Program-made: the position numbers and the translations under genes | The notes under the pieces: model-generated | Told to the model about the DNA's origin: nothing | Databases searched by the model: none | The model's input: only the letters and a program-made list of their open reading frames with translations | Assembly (NCBI RefSeq): GCF_963921235.1 | Contig: NC_086107.1 | Location: 112,656,001 to 112,720,000 of the forward strand | Source of the DNA: Mobula hypostoma | Lineage: Eukaryota | DNA length: 64,000 nucleotides | Direction of reading: 5' to 3' | Shown: piece after piece, positions 1 to 13,693 of the stretch | How positions within the stretch are numbered: the stretch's first letter is position 1 | Layout: each line of letters starts with the position of its first letter

Positions 1-505
1 CAAGATGGCATGCAACTTAGACAACATCCTCTTTTCAGACACCACCGCCGGAGAGTCCAGTTCCATCCCCACAACATCACTGGCCTTACGAATGAGTTTG
101 TTGATTCTGTTGGTGTCTGCTATCCTCAGCCTGCTGCCCCAGCACACAACAGCAAACATGATAGTACTGGCCACCACAGACTCGTAGAACATCCTCAGCA
201 TCGTCTGGCAGATGTTAAAGGACCTCAGTCTCCTCAGGAAATAGAGACGGCTCTGACCCTTCTTGTAGACAGCCTCAGTGTTCTTCAACCAGTCCAGTTT
301 ATTCGTATCCCCAGGTATTTGTAATCCTCCACCATGTCCACACTGACCCCCCGGATGGAAACAGGGGTCACCGGTGCCTTAGCTCTCCTCAGGTCTACCA
401 CCAGCTCCTTAGTCTTTTTCACATTAAGCTGCAGATAATTCTGTTCACACCATGTGACAAAGTTTCCTACCGTAGCCCTGTACTCAGCCTCATCTCCCTT
501 GCTGA
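1..505 (-). mobile_element. Rex1/Babar-like LINE RT C-terminal fragment (runs off window edge)
   Basis: LQLNVKKTKELVVDLRR, YKYLG; reverse complement of ~23462-23975. Confidence 0.85.
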
Positions 506-624
506 AGAAACTGATAAAGAAACAGACAAAGATTTTAGCAACAGCTGAGGTGAGGCTGCAGTGGAACCTCAAGCCTTGCTGATTCTGGTACTAATCTGCA
601 CCACAGGAAACAGATCTTGCTCAA

Positions 625-1525
625 TAACGTGGATGTGGAAGCTCTAGAGAGGGTACAGAGGAGACTTACCAGGATTGCTGCCTGGATTAGACACCAACAG
701 AATCAACAAACTCATTCGTAAGGCCAGTGATGTTGTGGGGATGGAACTGGACTCTCTGACGGTGGTGTCTGAAAAGAGGATGCTGTCCAAGTTGCATGCC
801 ATCTTGGACAATGTCTCCCATCCACTACATAATGTACTGGGTGGGCACAGGAGTACATTCAGCCAGAGACTCATTCCACCGAGATGCAACACTGAGCGTC
901 ATAGGAAGTCATTCCTGCTTGTGGCCATCAAACTTTACAACTCCTCCCTTGGAGGGTCAGACACCCTGAGCCAATAGGCTGGCCCTGGACTTATTTCCTG
1001 ACATAATTTACATATTACTATTTAACTATTTATGGTTTTATATTGCTATTTATACTCTATTCTTGGTTGGTGCAACTGTAACAAAACCCAATTTCCCTCA
1101 GGATTAATAAAGTATGTCTGTCTGTCTATCTATCAGAGAGCATGTCTTACAAGGATAGGTTGAAGAAGTTAGGGCTTCTCATTTCAGCAAGAGAGAATGA
1201 GAAATGACTTGAAAGATGTACATGATAAGATGCTCAGATAGGGTGGATAGCCAGGAGATTTGTTTTCCCCTAGGGCAGAAATTGCTAATACGAGGGGGCA
1301 TAGTTTTGAAGGTAATTGGAAGTATCGGAGAATGTCAGAGGCAAGTTCTTTACACAGAATGGTGAGTGCATGGACACCCTGCCAGGGGTAGTGGTAGAAG
1401 TAACATGGATGACTGAAAATGGAGGGTTATGTCAGAGCGAAGGGGTAGAGTGAACTTAGTAAGTTAAAGGGTTGGCACAACATCGTGTGCCAAAGGGTCT
1501 GTATTGTGCTGTAGTGTTGTTCTAA
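625..1525 (+). mobile_element. CR1 3' fragment interrupted by a Rex1-like 3' end (~691-1135)
   Basis: LERVQRR-like start and CR1 tail; insert matches ~23857-24270. Confidence 0.75.
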
Positions 1526-1615
1526 TGCTCCTACAGATCATGATTCACTATAGCAAAGTTGCCAAGTAAACACAATTATTCATTGTCCAACTTAATGTAA
1601 GAGGGCTCCACGTAC

Positions 1616-1760
1616 CTCTCCCCCAAAGATGGGCAGTGCACCAATGGCCTTCTGAAGGGCTTCGATCTCTTGCACAGGCCCAACAATGAGCGATGTTCCT
1701 GTGTCCACTATCGCCTGGCAGCCTCCCTTGCACAGGGTCAGCTGGCTGCCTACGGATACC
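1616..1760 (-). CDS. napsa: Aspartic protease exon 7 ([48 protein letters not shown]), second catalytic Asp
   Basis: 145 bp, AG/GT boundaries, AIVDTGTS motif; gene continues beyond the left edge (exons 8-9 not found). Confidence 0.93.
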
Positions 1761-1984
1761 CTGCATGGAAACAGCAAAAATAAAAGTACAGGAATGAGAG
1801 ATTTTCGTTCAACATGGCCAAAGAAATTTGCTTAAAATTTTCTCCAAGGCAACAAATTTTCCACTATCCAGCCATTTGGCAGTTTGGTCACAGGGAAGAC
1901 ATGCAAATTCCATGCAGCCAGCATCTGAAGTCAGGTTTGAACCCAAGTTGCCAGGGCAATGAGGCAGCAGCTGTATTACTTTAA

Positions 1985-2670
1985 GTCATAGGAGCAAGTT
2001 AGGCCATTTGGCCCATTGAGTCTGCTCTGGCATCCCATCATAGCTGATTCATTTTCCCACAGAACCCCATTCTCCCGCCTTCTCCCTACAAATCTTTGAT
2101 ACCTTTATCAAGAAACCTAACTTCCCTTTTTAAACGTACCCAATGGCTTGGCCTCCACAGCCATCTATGGCAATGAATTCCACAGCTTCACCACCCTGTC
2201 CCTAAAGATATTCTTCATCTCTTCTAAAGGGACATCATTCTTTTCTGAAGCTGTGCCCTCTGGACTTAGACTCCCCCACCATAGGAAATACCCTCTCAAC
2301 ATCCACGATCTAGACTTTTCAATACTCAATAGGTTTCAATGATAATTCCCCCCCCCCCCCAATTCCAATAAACTCTAGCAAGTTCAGGCCCAGGACCAGC
2401 AAAACCTTCTCATACATTAACCCTTTAATTCCCAGGATCATACTCAAGAACATCCTCTGAACCCTCTCAAATGCCAGCATATCCTTTCTCAGTCACAGGG
2501 CCTGAAACTGCTCAGAATACTCCAAGTCCAATCCAGCCTTATGAAGCCTTGGCATTACATCCTTGCTCTTTTATTCTAGTCCTCTCAAAATGAATGCCAA
2601 CATTGCATTTGCCTTCCTCACCACCGACTCGACCTGCAAACTTACCTTTAGGGAACCCCACAAGGTTCCC
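1985..2670 (-). mobile_element. CR1 3' fragment
   Basis: Similar to 10700-11360 including the 3' UTR hairpin region. Confidence 0.75.
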
Positions 2671-3673
2671 TCGAGGCTTACTTAAAATTTACCGCACATG
2701 ATTGCGTAACTCCTTTAAAAGTGTTGGCCGTATCAATTGGAACAATATCCAACAGTCTGGAGAGGGTCTGCCAATTCAGCTCCACAAAATTTCCTGGCGT
2801 TGGATTAATGGAGGTGTACTGTGTATGAACTCTGAACTCCAAGACGACTTTGGCTTCTGAAGTGCCCCCAACCCTCAAGGAATGCCAAGGTCAAGATCAA
2901 GGTCCCTGCTCTGGCGAGCATTACAAGTCCAGTAGAAGTTCTGAGCATGTTTCCTACAAAGGTTGTGGAAGCTCCCATGACTGAATAACTGGCTTCTGCT
3001 ATGAACGAACAAGATTTTAGGGGAGGCAGTGAGAGATAGTTCTGCCTTGGACAGTCCCAAGCTTGGCTGAGAAAGGAAGAGGGTTGGACATCAAGGCTAG
3101 CAACCCCATCCTTTAAAAACCCAAAGCTACAGAAACACCAAAAGCTGCAAGGACCTCACTCCTGGGACAGGAAAGATCTTAAGCTGAGCTACAGGGCCAA
3201 GCAAACCTTCTATTCGGCCGAAGGCAGAGGTCTCTGGTGAGCTGCCGTTGGTGCCCTATGCCCCAGTAGTGATGGGCCCCAAGCATTGAGAAGCACCTAC
3301 TACACCTGCACATTTGTGAAACAAGACACTTTGCAGATGCTGGAATTCCGCACACAGACAATGCTGGAGGAGCTCAGCAGGTCAGGCAGCATCCATGGAG
3401 GGAAACAGTCGATGTTTTGGGACAAGACTCTTCATCAGGACTGGAAAGGAAGGGGGACAGAAGCCAGAATAAAGGTGGTGCGGGGGCAAGGAGGGGGAGG
3501 AGCACAAGCTGGCAAGTGAGGGAGCAAGTGGGTAGGTGGGGGTGGTGATGGGCAAAGGCAACTTGCCGCCAAGTTCCTCCAGCATTCTGTGTGCGTTGCT
3601 CTGGATTTGTATCCAGGAGGCAAGAGCTCATGAAAAGAAGACCACACAAGAGCCAAAGCTGGCCTGAACTTAC

Positions 3674-3796
3674 TTGTCAGCCTTTATCTGCCAGTAGGCC
3701 TGGCGTGTGATATTCAAATAGTGGAAGCTTCCAGTATAGTACTTGGGGTCAGTCCCTCCCAGCAACAATTCACCTCCAGGCTGAGTAGTTGTGTTC
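3674..3796 (-). CDS. napsa: Aspartic protease exon 6 ([41 protein letters not shown])
   Basis: 123 bp, AG/GTAAGT boundaries, [10 protein letters not shown] and YWQI motifs; not in the ORF track. Confidence 0.93.
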
Positions 3797-3923
3797 CTGA
3801 AACCGAGAAACGGAAGGCAGCAGGAACGTTAGAAAATGGTAAAAGATTAACACAACAAGAAGATTCCGAGATTAGGGAAGGAGGAAAATGAACGGAGCAG
3901 GATACGCCACAGACAAAACCCAC

Positions 3924-4123
3924 CTGTTCAGGTAAAAGGAGAAGACATCTTTTTCCAACAGCTTTTGTTTTATCATGTTATCAAAGACAGGCAGGACACC
4001 ATCAACAGAAATTTTTGGGTAGGCCATGCCAAGGATCCCATCGAACTTTGCAGCGATGAACATCAATCCTGGCTGCTTAACTGCCTCAGCAAAGATCTGC
4101 GTCGGAATTTTCAAGTCACCAAT
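3924..4123 (-). CDS. napsa: Aspartic protease exon 5 ([19 protein letters not shown]...[10 protein letters not shown]...FSFYLNR)
   Basis: 200 bp, AG/GT boundaries, FDGILGM motif; overlaps ORF 3872..4114. Confidence 0.93.
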
Positions 4124-5046
4124 CTGGAAAATCAGAGTGAACCAACCATTATTACCCGATAACCATTAGGCTTTTGAACAAGCATGGATATCTTCACTCA
4201 CCACACTGAACACAACCCATGGACTCATTTCCAAGGACTCTCCAGCTCACGTTCTTGGATTGTTTACTTATTATTCGTTCTGTATTTGCACAGGTGGTCT
4301 TCTGTGGCACACTGTATGCTTGACAGTCTGTATCACAAACACAAGAAAATCTGCAGACCAACACACCAAAATGCTGGAGGAACTCAGGTCAGGTGGAAAT
4401 GATTAAACAGTCGACATGTCAGGCAGAGACCCTTCATCCTGATGAAAGGCCCAAAACACCGACTGTTTATTCAATTCCACAAATGCTGCCTGACCTGCTG
4501 AGTTCCTCCAGCATTTTGTATGCATTGCCATAGCCTCTGCGTGCAGTTTTTCCATCAATTCTGTTCCATTTGTTCTACTGTGAATGTCCACAAGAAAATG
4601 AATCTCAGGGTAACATGGTGACATAATATACAAGCTTTGATAACAGAGCTACTTTGAAGATCAGGGCTTCTCACTGGCCACCTAGGACAATTCGGCTCGT
4701 AACAGTAACTTCCTTTGTTCCACTCTTCTCCTCCGACACAACCTTTAAAAGTTTGTTTCAGCTTACAAAACCTTTTCACCCTCCCCAACTGTGCAGCTTT
4801 CTTTCCAAGGGAGTGCCCGTCCATTTCTGGACCTCCAACTTATTCAGTTCATCTGTGGTCATGTCATTATCCGCCATGACCCAGGTCTGGAAATCCTTCA
4901 GACCTTCCCCTCTTAAACCTCCCTCTTTGACCAAAAGTGGTTTCTTTTTTTGTTTACATAACATTTGGGTCAAATTTTGTTCAGCAGTCACTTGACTCCT
5001 TAGAAGAATTAGCTCCAAGGAAGGCACTGCACATTTGCAGCCCATT

Positions 5047-5592
5047 TCATAGAAACATAGAAAATAGGTGCAGGAGCAGGCCATTCGGCCCTTCGAGCCT
5101 GCACCGCCATTCAGTATGATCATCCAACTCAGAACCCTGTACCAGCCTTCCCCCCCCCCCATACCCCCGATCCCTTTAGCCACAAGGGCCATATCTAACT
5201 CCCTCTTAAATATAGCCAATGAACTGGCCTCAACTGTTTCCTGTGGCAGAGAATTCCACAGATTCACCACTCTCTGTGTGAAGAAGTTTTTCCTCATCTC
5301 GGTCCTAAAAGGCTTCCCCTTTATCCTCAAACTGTGACCCCTCGTTCTGGACTTCCCCAACATCGGGAACAATCTTCCTGCATCTAGCCTGTCCAATCCC
5401 TTTAGGATTTTATATGTTTCAATAAGATCCCCCCTCAAACTTCTAAATTCCAACGAGTATAAGCCTAGTCGATCCAGTCTTTCATCATATGAAAGTCCTG
5501 CCATCCCAGGAATCAATCTGGTGAACCCTCTTTGTACTCCCTCTATGATAAGGATGTCTTTCTTCAGATTAGGGGATCAAAACTGCACACAA
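5047..5592 (-). mobile_element. CR1 3' fragment (same family as 60568-63000)
   Basis: LGLYSLEFR..RGDLIETYK ORF end and CATAGAAA tail. Confidence 0.9.
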
Positions 5593-7131
5593 TAATACAT
5601 ACATCCACACCTATTCCAAGTTAGGAGAAAGTCACCTGTGCTTTGTCTAGAAAGCAGAAAACCAAAGAGAACCACCTTCCGGGACACTCAAGTATCCTAT
5701 ACAGTGAAAGGGCCCACTAACTCCCTCTCTCCCACGGCATAGTGGGCATCAGCAATGTCGCCCTTCCCCTCCGGGCTCGTGCCCTTCCAGTTTACTCTCC
5801 TGCAGCTACAGTGGAATGCATGAAGAGGGAGGGAAAACGTAGTGCATTCTCCCACCACTTTCTCAGCAGGCTGAAGAAATTCAGCATGCCTCTGTCAACC
5901 AAACAATTTTTAAATCAATGCACCACAGAAAGCATCCTATCTGGATGTATAACATTTCGCGTGCAAGAAACTAGAGAGTTGTGGACACAGCTCAGCACAT
6001 CAGAGCAACCAGCCTCCCGTCCGTGGACTCTGATTCTGCTGGCTACTTTACTGAGGCAGTGAAGTATCGATGAGAGCCCTACCCAGCCCAAACATCCTCT
6101 CGTCTCGCCTTGGGTGTTAAATACAAAAGCCTGAAAGCACACATCACCAGGCTTGAGGACAGCTTCGACCCACTGTTATTAGACTATGAACCACTTGTCT
6201 GATAAGATGGACTCCTGGCCTCACAATCTACCCAATATGATCTTATTTGTTTATGTGCACTGCACCTTTTCGGTAACCTTTACACTTTATTCTGCATTCT
6301 GTTATTGTTTTGCCTTATACTAGCTCAATGCATCATATAATGATTTGATCTGTATGAACAGTATGCAAGCTTTAATTTATTATTGAGATACAGTGCAGAA
6401 CAGACCCTCTAACCTACAGCACCCAGCAACTGCCAATTTAACCCACAGGACAATTTACAACAACCAATTAGCCTACTACCCAGTACGTCTTTGGACTGTG
6501 GGAGGAAACCAGAGTACCAAGAGAGAAACCCACACATTCAACAGGGAGAACGTACAGACTCCTTACAGAGGACATTGGAATTGAACTTTGACCCCAGCTG
6601 TAATGAGGGGTTAGAGTTCAAAGTTCAATTCCAATTCACTTCTTGAGATCGCCTTGAGGCTCTTAGGCTACCCAAATGTTTTCCCAATTGTTCAGATGGT
6701 CTGCATGTGGATCTTGGTGGCATGCTAGTCCACGATACACTTCTCACTCTACCTTGCCACGTGTGACAATAACTTAATACCAAGTGAATGCCAAAAGAAC
6801 ATTCAAGTCAGGGTACAGAGATCTTCTCATTGCCACTGGTTCATCTGCTAGTGTTTAGTCAGGGACTTCACCTCCTTTACTGGACCTACCTTGTGCTTAC
6901 AGCAAGTATAACATGCCCATTTCAACAAATTGACTACAATAGCTTCAAACACTCCTGGGATTAGAAGCAGCATCCATCAACAATCCTCCATTTCCCACCC
7001 CCCCACCCCACCACCACCACCCAGGGTATACCATCTTTGCTACAACCACTGGGAAGGTAGAGGAGCTTTAGCCCCGCACCACCAGGTTCAGGCCCAGTCA
7101 CTATCCGACCATTGGAACAGTTATTATTCTA

Positions 7132-7750
7132 CAAGGGGTGATTGATAAGTTTGTGGCCTAAGATAGGAGGAGTCAATTTTAGAAAACCTAGACCACTTAT
7201 TTTTCAACATAGTCCCCTCCTACATGTACACACTTAGTCCAGCGGTCATGGAGCATACGGATCCCTTCTTTGTAGAAGTGGTCCACAGCAGGGGTGATTG
7301 GTAAGTTTGTGGCCCAAGATAGAAGGAGATGAGTTACTAAACATCAAACTTTCTGCATTATCACTCAAAGAGTTGAACTGCACATGCATGTAACGAGAGC
7401 CTCTTGGACCTCCAGGTGGTCCACAGCAGGGGTGATTAAAAAGTTCGTGGCCTAGGGTAGAAGGAGATGAGTTACACAGCTCTCGTTACATGCACGTGCA
7501 GTTCAACTCTGAGTGAAAATGCAGAAGGTTTGATGTCAATAACTCACCTCCTTCTACCTTAGTCTACGAACTTATCACCCCTGGTGTGGACCACATTTTG
7601 GAGGTCCAAGACACTGACTTCTACCAAGAAGGGATCCATATGCTCCATGACTGCTGGACTAAGTGTGCAAATGTAGGAAAAATAAATGTGCTAGGTTTTC
7701 TAAAATTGACTTCTTCTACCTTAGGCCATGAACTTATCAATCACCCCTCA
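7132..7750. mobile_element. Mariner-derived MITE (two transposon right ends in inverted orientation)
   Basis: TA+CAAGGGGTGATTGATAAG...CTTATCAATCACCCCTCA termini; ~140-bp imperfect inverted arms; FYQEGIHMLHDCWTKC resembles a mariner transposase C-terminus. Confidence 0.8.
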
Positions 7751-8778
7751 TTCTTTTAGTCCCCTGAAGCAGTGTGGATAAAGCCAATGGCAAAGTAGAC
7801 TCGATGGTCTGAATGGCCTAATTCTGCTCCTACATCATGTTCTTATGGACTCTAGGCAGCATTCATGCAGATACAGGCATCTGAGGTCTCACTGCCCTGA
7901 GCTGCATTTTAAATCTAATCTGTGAACCACATTCAGATCTGAACATTGGTTGCTGATGAAATTAACATTTGCTAACTTCCAGTTAAGATGGCGCCACTAA
8001 GCTCATGCAACAGCTCTCTGGTAGTTCAAAAGGCAATAAATTCAACTAAAAACATCTTTTCTGAAGTAAATTGTGTTGTGTTAAATTATCAGAGAGTTCA
8101 GGGGACGAGCCATGCGGGTGTGTTGCAGAATTGAAGCCGATGAAACAAACCTTTCAAAGAGAAGTCAGAGCAGAGGAGCTCCAATGCCTTTACAACTGGC
8201 TTGGGTGCGAGGTCGGTCAGATTACTCAGGGCGCCAAGCTGATCTGAAGAGTTTGAGAGTGGCTTTGGGCCGGGTGATGTGGTCTGGGCCCCAAGCCCTT
8301 TACAACAGTGGCCCCAGGTCCTAATACGAGGTACAATCTGCTGTTTGGCCAATTTAAACACCAGCCCATATAGACTGGAAAGACAGGGCGTCAGGATCAG
8401 AGGTGAGAGCCGATTTCTGCCTCACTGCTCTGCGACGTTTACTCCGTTCTTCCCTGCATTGAGACTGAGGGCTGCTCCAGGCCTCATGACTACGGACTTG
8501 CTTTTGTTCCGAATGCTGTGTGCTTGCATGATTTGTATTCCTCTCTGTACATTTGCTGTTTTATTTATTTAAATTGGTTCTTTTGTGTTTGTTTTGTGGC
8601 TGCCTGTAAGGAGATGAATCTCAAGGTTGTATAATGTATACATACTTTGATAATAAATGTACTTTGAACCAAAAACAGCTGATATAAGAAATGAAACCAC
8701 ACTATAGTATTCTATGAAATATTATCCACAGCTTTGTTACAAAACTCTTAAATGCTAACCAAGGAATGACATAAATCA

Positions 8779-8937
<159 letters not shown>

Positions 8938-10299
8938 TCACTTAAAAAGAGCCAACTTAATCTTTATTCTTCTACTGACACTACCAAGTAATTTCAACAA
9001 CTGTGACTTGTAGCCTCTGGTGTTCAAACCTTAACAGTACCTTCTTCAAAGAATCTTCTTGCCCCCAACCGCGCCCCCCTCCCCTAGGGACCAAAACTGA
9101 CATGAGTAACTTCCACACCATCCTAAACCACCAGGTTCAGGAACAGTTGTTCTTCTAACTACCAAACTCCTGGACCGATGAGGACAGTTTCACTCACCTC
9201 GTCACCAAATTGATTCCACAACCTGTAAACTCACTTTCGGGGACTTTGCAGCACATGATCTCAGTATTATTTATTTTATTTTTAATCACTTGCACAATTT
9301 GTGTTCTTTTGCATGTTTTAAGTCCTCATGGATTCTATAATTTTTTTTAAAATTTGGGCATCTTGTAGGTGCCTGCAAGATAATGAATCCCAGGGTTGGA
9401 TATTATATGGGCAGCTGTCCGTCATAACTGACAATGATAGGAAATGTGTGTTGGAGAGGTTGTGTTTTAAAAAAGGTGAAAAAGATGTTGCAGCAGGGCA
9501 ATTCCACTCTCAACAAGTCCAGGTCCAGTGGAACAAGTAGCTGTCACAACTGGGGTCTTCTGTGGGTGCAGTGGATGACCAGTGTTGCCTCTAACACACA
9601 CATCTTTTGCTACTAGCCCACAAGGGAATTTAGACTGCACACGAAAGGTTGTCACCCTCTACCTTGTTGGCAAGTATTTCACGACTGTACACAATCACAT
9701 TTCCTTTTCGGCTTGTGATGTCGTTTTATTTCTCTTAATGAACAAACTTGACTTGGTAATTTATTGTCTTTAGAATAGCTTCAGGTTTATTTCTAATTAA
9801 AATTTCGGATCGCCCATGTTGTCGCCAGTGGGCAAAAAGTTGCACAGCACAAGACCTTTGCTCACACTGGTGATTACAAATCAGCTGGAACATTGTGGAT
9901 GACCACAACTTCTGCGCCTTGTCACACCCTTTGTTCTCTGAGAAGTGTTGCAAAACGGCCTTCCTGACTGTTGGATCTCACCCACCCGGTCCACCGGAGC
10001 TAACTTTGCATGTCAGGACAGCCATGTGCCAGTTGTGTTCTACAAACTTTGATAATAAATTTACTGGAATGCTCCCAGGACAGGGAAGATCCTGGGAGAT
10101 TTTGGGATGGTGTGGAAGGTAGACAAAGGTCCTTCTGCACTGCCCTGGAATCGACTCCCAGGGCAGGACAGCGTACTCTACCTTCCCCAGTGAGGCAGCA
10201 ATGATTCTAGTAGCTTCATGATGACTACGGAACAGACAATACCAACCTAGAACTATACCCAACCCAAAGATTTAAAACACCACAAGCACATTTGCTTCA

Positions 10300-10476
<177 letters not shown>

Positions 10477-10699
10477 TCAGAACAAGTTCTGAGGGAAAAA
10501 CAGCAAGAAGCAACCATTCCCCTGTCCCTTTATCCTACCAGCCCCTCCATCTGCCCATCACACACACACACTCCCACCCTTTATTCCATGGTCTGCTGCC
10601 CAATTAGATTTCACCTTCTTCAGACCCTTGTCACTTCCACCTATCACCTCCAAGCTTCTTACCTTTCCACTCTCCTTCCTTCCCATCAGTCCCCTCTCC

Positions 10700-12830
10700 A
10701 TAAGACTTAGGAGCAGAATCAGGCCATCTGGCCCATTGCGTCTGCTCTGCCATTCTGATCCTTTTTTCCCCCCTTCTCAACCCCAGTTCCCAGCCTTCTT
10801 TCCATAACCTTTGATGCCATATCCAATCAAGAAGCTATCAGTCTCTGCCTTAAATACAGCTGGCCTCCACAGCTGCATGTGGCAACAAATTCCACAAATT
10901 CACCACTCTCTGGCTGAAGAAATTTCTCCACATCTGTTATGAAAAGGTGCCCTTCTATCCTGAGGCTGTGCCCTCTTGTCCTAGACTCTCCCACCATGGG
11001 AAACATCCTTTTCACATCTACTGTCTAGGCCTTTCAACATTCAAGAGGTTTCAATGAGATTCCCCCCCCCCCCATCCTAAATTTCAGTGAGTACAGACCC
11101 AGAGTCATCCTTGTATGATAATCCTTTCATTCCTGGAATCATCCTTGTGAACCTCCTCTGGACCCTCTCCAATGCCAGCCCATCTTTTCTAAGATGAAGG
11201 GCACAAAACTGTTCACAATACTCAACTGAGGCCTTACCAGTGCCTTATGAAGCCTCAGCATCACATCCTTGCTCTTGTATTCTCGACCTCTTGAAATAAA
11301 TGCTAACATGGCATTTGCCTTCCTCACCAACTCAACCTGCAAGCTGACCTTTCTGTTCCGCACAAGGACTCCAAGTCCTTTTGCATCTCAGATTTTTGGA
11401 TTTTCTCCCAGTTTAGAAAATAGCTCACATTTTTACTACTAAAGTACATGACCATGCATTTTCCAACATTGTATTTCATTTGCCACTTTCTTGCCCATTC
11501 TCCTAATCTGTCCAATTCCTTCTGTACTCTACCTATTTCCTCAACACTGCCTGCCCCTCCACCAATCTTCATATCATCTGCAAACCTGGCAACAAAACCA
11601 TCTACTCCATCATCTAAAATCATTTAAATACAGCATAAAAAGTGGCCCCAACACCAACCCCTGCGGAACACTAGTCACTGGCAGCCAACCAGAAAAGGAT
11701 TCTTTGATTCCCACTCGCTGCCTCCCACCAATCGGCCAATGCTCTCTGTTAGTAACTGTCCTGTAATACCACAAGTAAGCAGCCTCAGAACACTACAGCA
11801 CAGAAAACAGGCCATTCGGCCCTTCTAGTCTGTGCCGAAACATTCCGCTAGTCCCATTGACCTGCATCCAGTCCATGATGTGTGGCACCTTGTCAAAGGC
11901 CTTCTAAAAGACCAAATATACAACATCCACCACATCGCCTTCACCTATCCTACTTGTAATCTCCTCAAAGAATTCCAACAGGATTCGTCAGGCAGGATTT
12001 TCCCTGCAGGAAACCATGCTGACTTGGTACCATCTTGTCCTGTGTCACCAAATACTCCATCACCTCATCATTAACAATTGACTAACATCTTCCAGCCACT
12101 GAGGTCAGACTAACTCATCTACAATTTCCTTTCTGCTGCCTTCCTCCTTTCTTAAAGGAGTGAAGTGATATTTGCAGTTTTCCAGTCCTCTGGCGCTATG
12201 CCAGAATCCAATGATTTTTTTTTTTGAAACGTCATTTCTAATGCCACCTCTTTCAGAACCCTAGGGTGCAGTTCATCTGGTCCGGGTGACTTGTGCACCT
12301 TTAAGTCTTTCAGCTTTTTGAGCACCTTCTCCCTTGTAATAGTAACTGCACCCACCTCTCTTCCTTCACACACTACAACATCAGGCTTACTGCTAGTGTC
12401 TTCCAGTGAAGACTGATGCAAAATACTTATTTAGTTCATCAGCCATCTCCTTGTCCCCTATTATTTCTCCTGCCTCAATTTATAGTGGTCCTATGTCCAC
12501 TCTCATTTCTCTTTTATTTTTTTTTTAAAACATACTTGGAAAAAAAAACTTACTATCCACTCTGATAGTATTTGCTAGTTTGTTTTCATCCTTTGCCTAA
12601 TGATTTATTTTTTTTATTTATTTTTTTTTAAGTTGCTCTCTGTAGATTTTTAAAACCTTCCCAATCCTCTATCTTCCCACTAATTTTTGCTTTGTTGCAT
12701 ACCATTTCTTTTGCTTTTACAAGAGCTTTGACTTCCCTCGTCAGTCACGGTTGTATTATACCATTTTACCATTTGAGTATTTCTTCATTTTTTAACACAT
12801 ATCCTACACCTTCCTCATTTTTCCCCAGAA
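10700..12830 (-). mobile_element. Older degenerate CR1 ORF2 fragment
   Basis: KSPGPDELHPRVLKE, FADD, LHKALVRP remnants in broken ORFs. Confidence 0.85.
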
Positions 12831-12944
12831 ACACCTGTTAGGTCTTGCTCCAGTGCTCCCCTAACCCCTTTAATACTGGCCCATCTCCTCTTCCCTTCCA
12901 GTCCTGATGAAGGCTCTGAAGATCAGCTGTTCACTTCTCTCCAT

Positions 12945-13240
12945 GGGGAAGGCACAGTAGCATAGCTGTTAGCACAGCACTTTACAGTATCAGTAACCCA
13001 GGTTCAATTCCCGCCACTGCTGTAAGGAGTTTATACACTCTCCCCGTGACCATGAGGATTTCCTCTGGGTGCTCCAGTTTCCTCCCACAGTCCAAAGACA
13101 TACTGGTTCGTAGGATAATTGGCCACTGTAAACTGTCCCATGAGTAGGCTAGGGATTTAAGTTAAAAAAAAACAGCATTGCTGGGCAGCATAGCTCGAAG
13201 GGCTGAGAGGGACAACTCCATGCAGTATTTCAATACTAAA
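12945..13240 (+). mobile_element. V-SINE-like (HE1-like) tRNA SINE
   Basis: A/B boxes and GGGTGCTCCAGTTTCCTCCCACAGTCCAAAGAC V-domain; other copies ~21030-21220, 24290-24510, 59395-59590 (+) and ~6370-6600, 21900-22070, 22200-22400 (-). Confidence 0.75.
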
Positions 13241-13693
13241 AAAATTCCCTGACCTGTTGACCGCCTCCATCTTTTTATGTTGCTCCGGATAAGAGAGCAA
13301 GGAGGGCGACATAAATCAGAAACAGCATAAAGTTAGGGAAGGAGTGTGTAGAAATGATAATCCAGAGACAGACCAAGACCACAAGATACAGGAGCAGAAC
13401 TAGGCCATTTGGCCCATCAAGTCTGCTCTACCATTACACCATGGTTGGTCAGGGCATGAAATGATATGGGGAGAGGAAAACTGAATCAAGATTCTATCAC
13501 CCTCCGCCTTAAATATACATAAAGGCTTTGCCTCCACATCTGCCCGTGGCAAGGAGCTCCACAGATTCACCACCCTGCTTATACGTGGGAGGGGGAGGCT
13601 TTGGGGTTCTAACATTTAACTGTCATTCATTCTCTGGGGCATTCCTATTTTTTGTGGATGTTTGCAAAGAAAAAGAATTTTAGGATGTATATT

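Noticed and set aside
1..1615. napsa exons 8-9
   Set aside because: Only LINE fragments were recognised; the exons presumably lie left of the window, so absence is not evidence of truncation
4776..5516. 246-aa novel protein
   Set aside because: CR1 ORF2 end reading through by chance into intronic sequence
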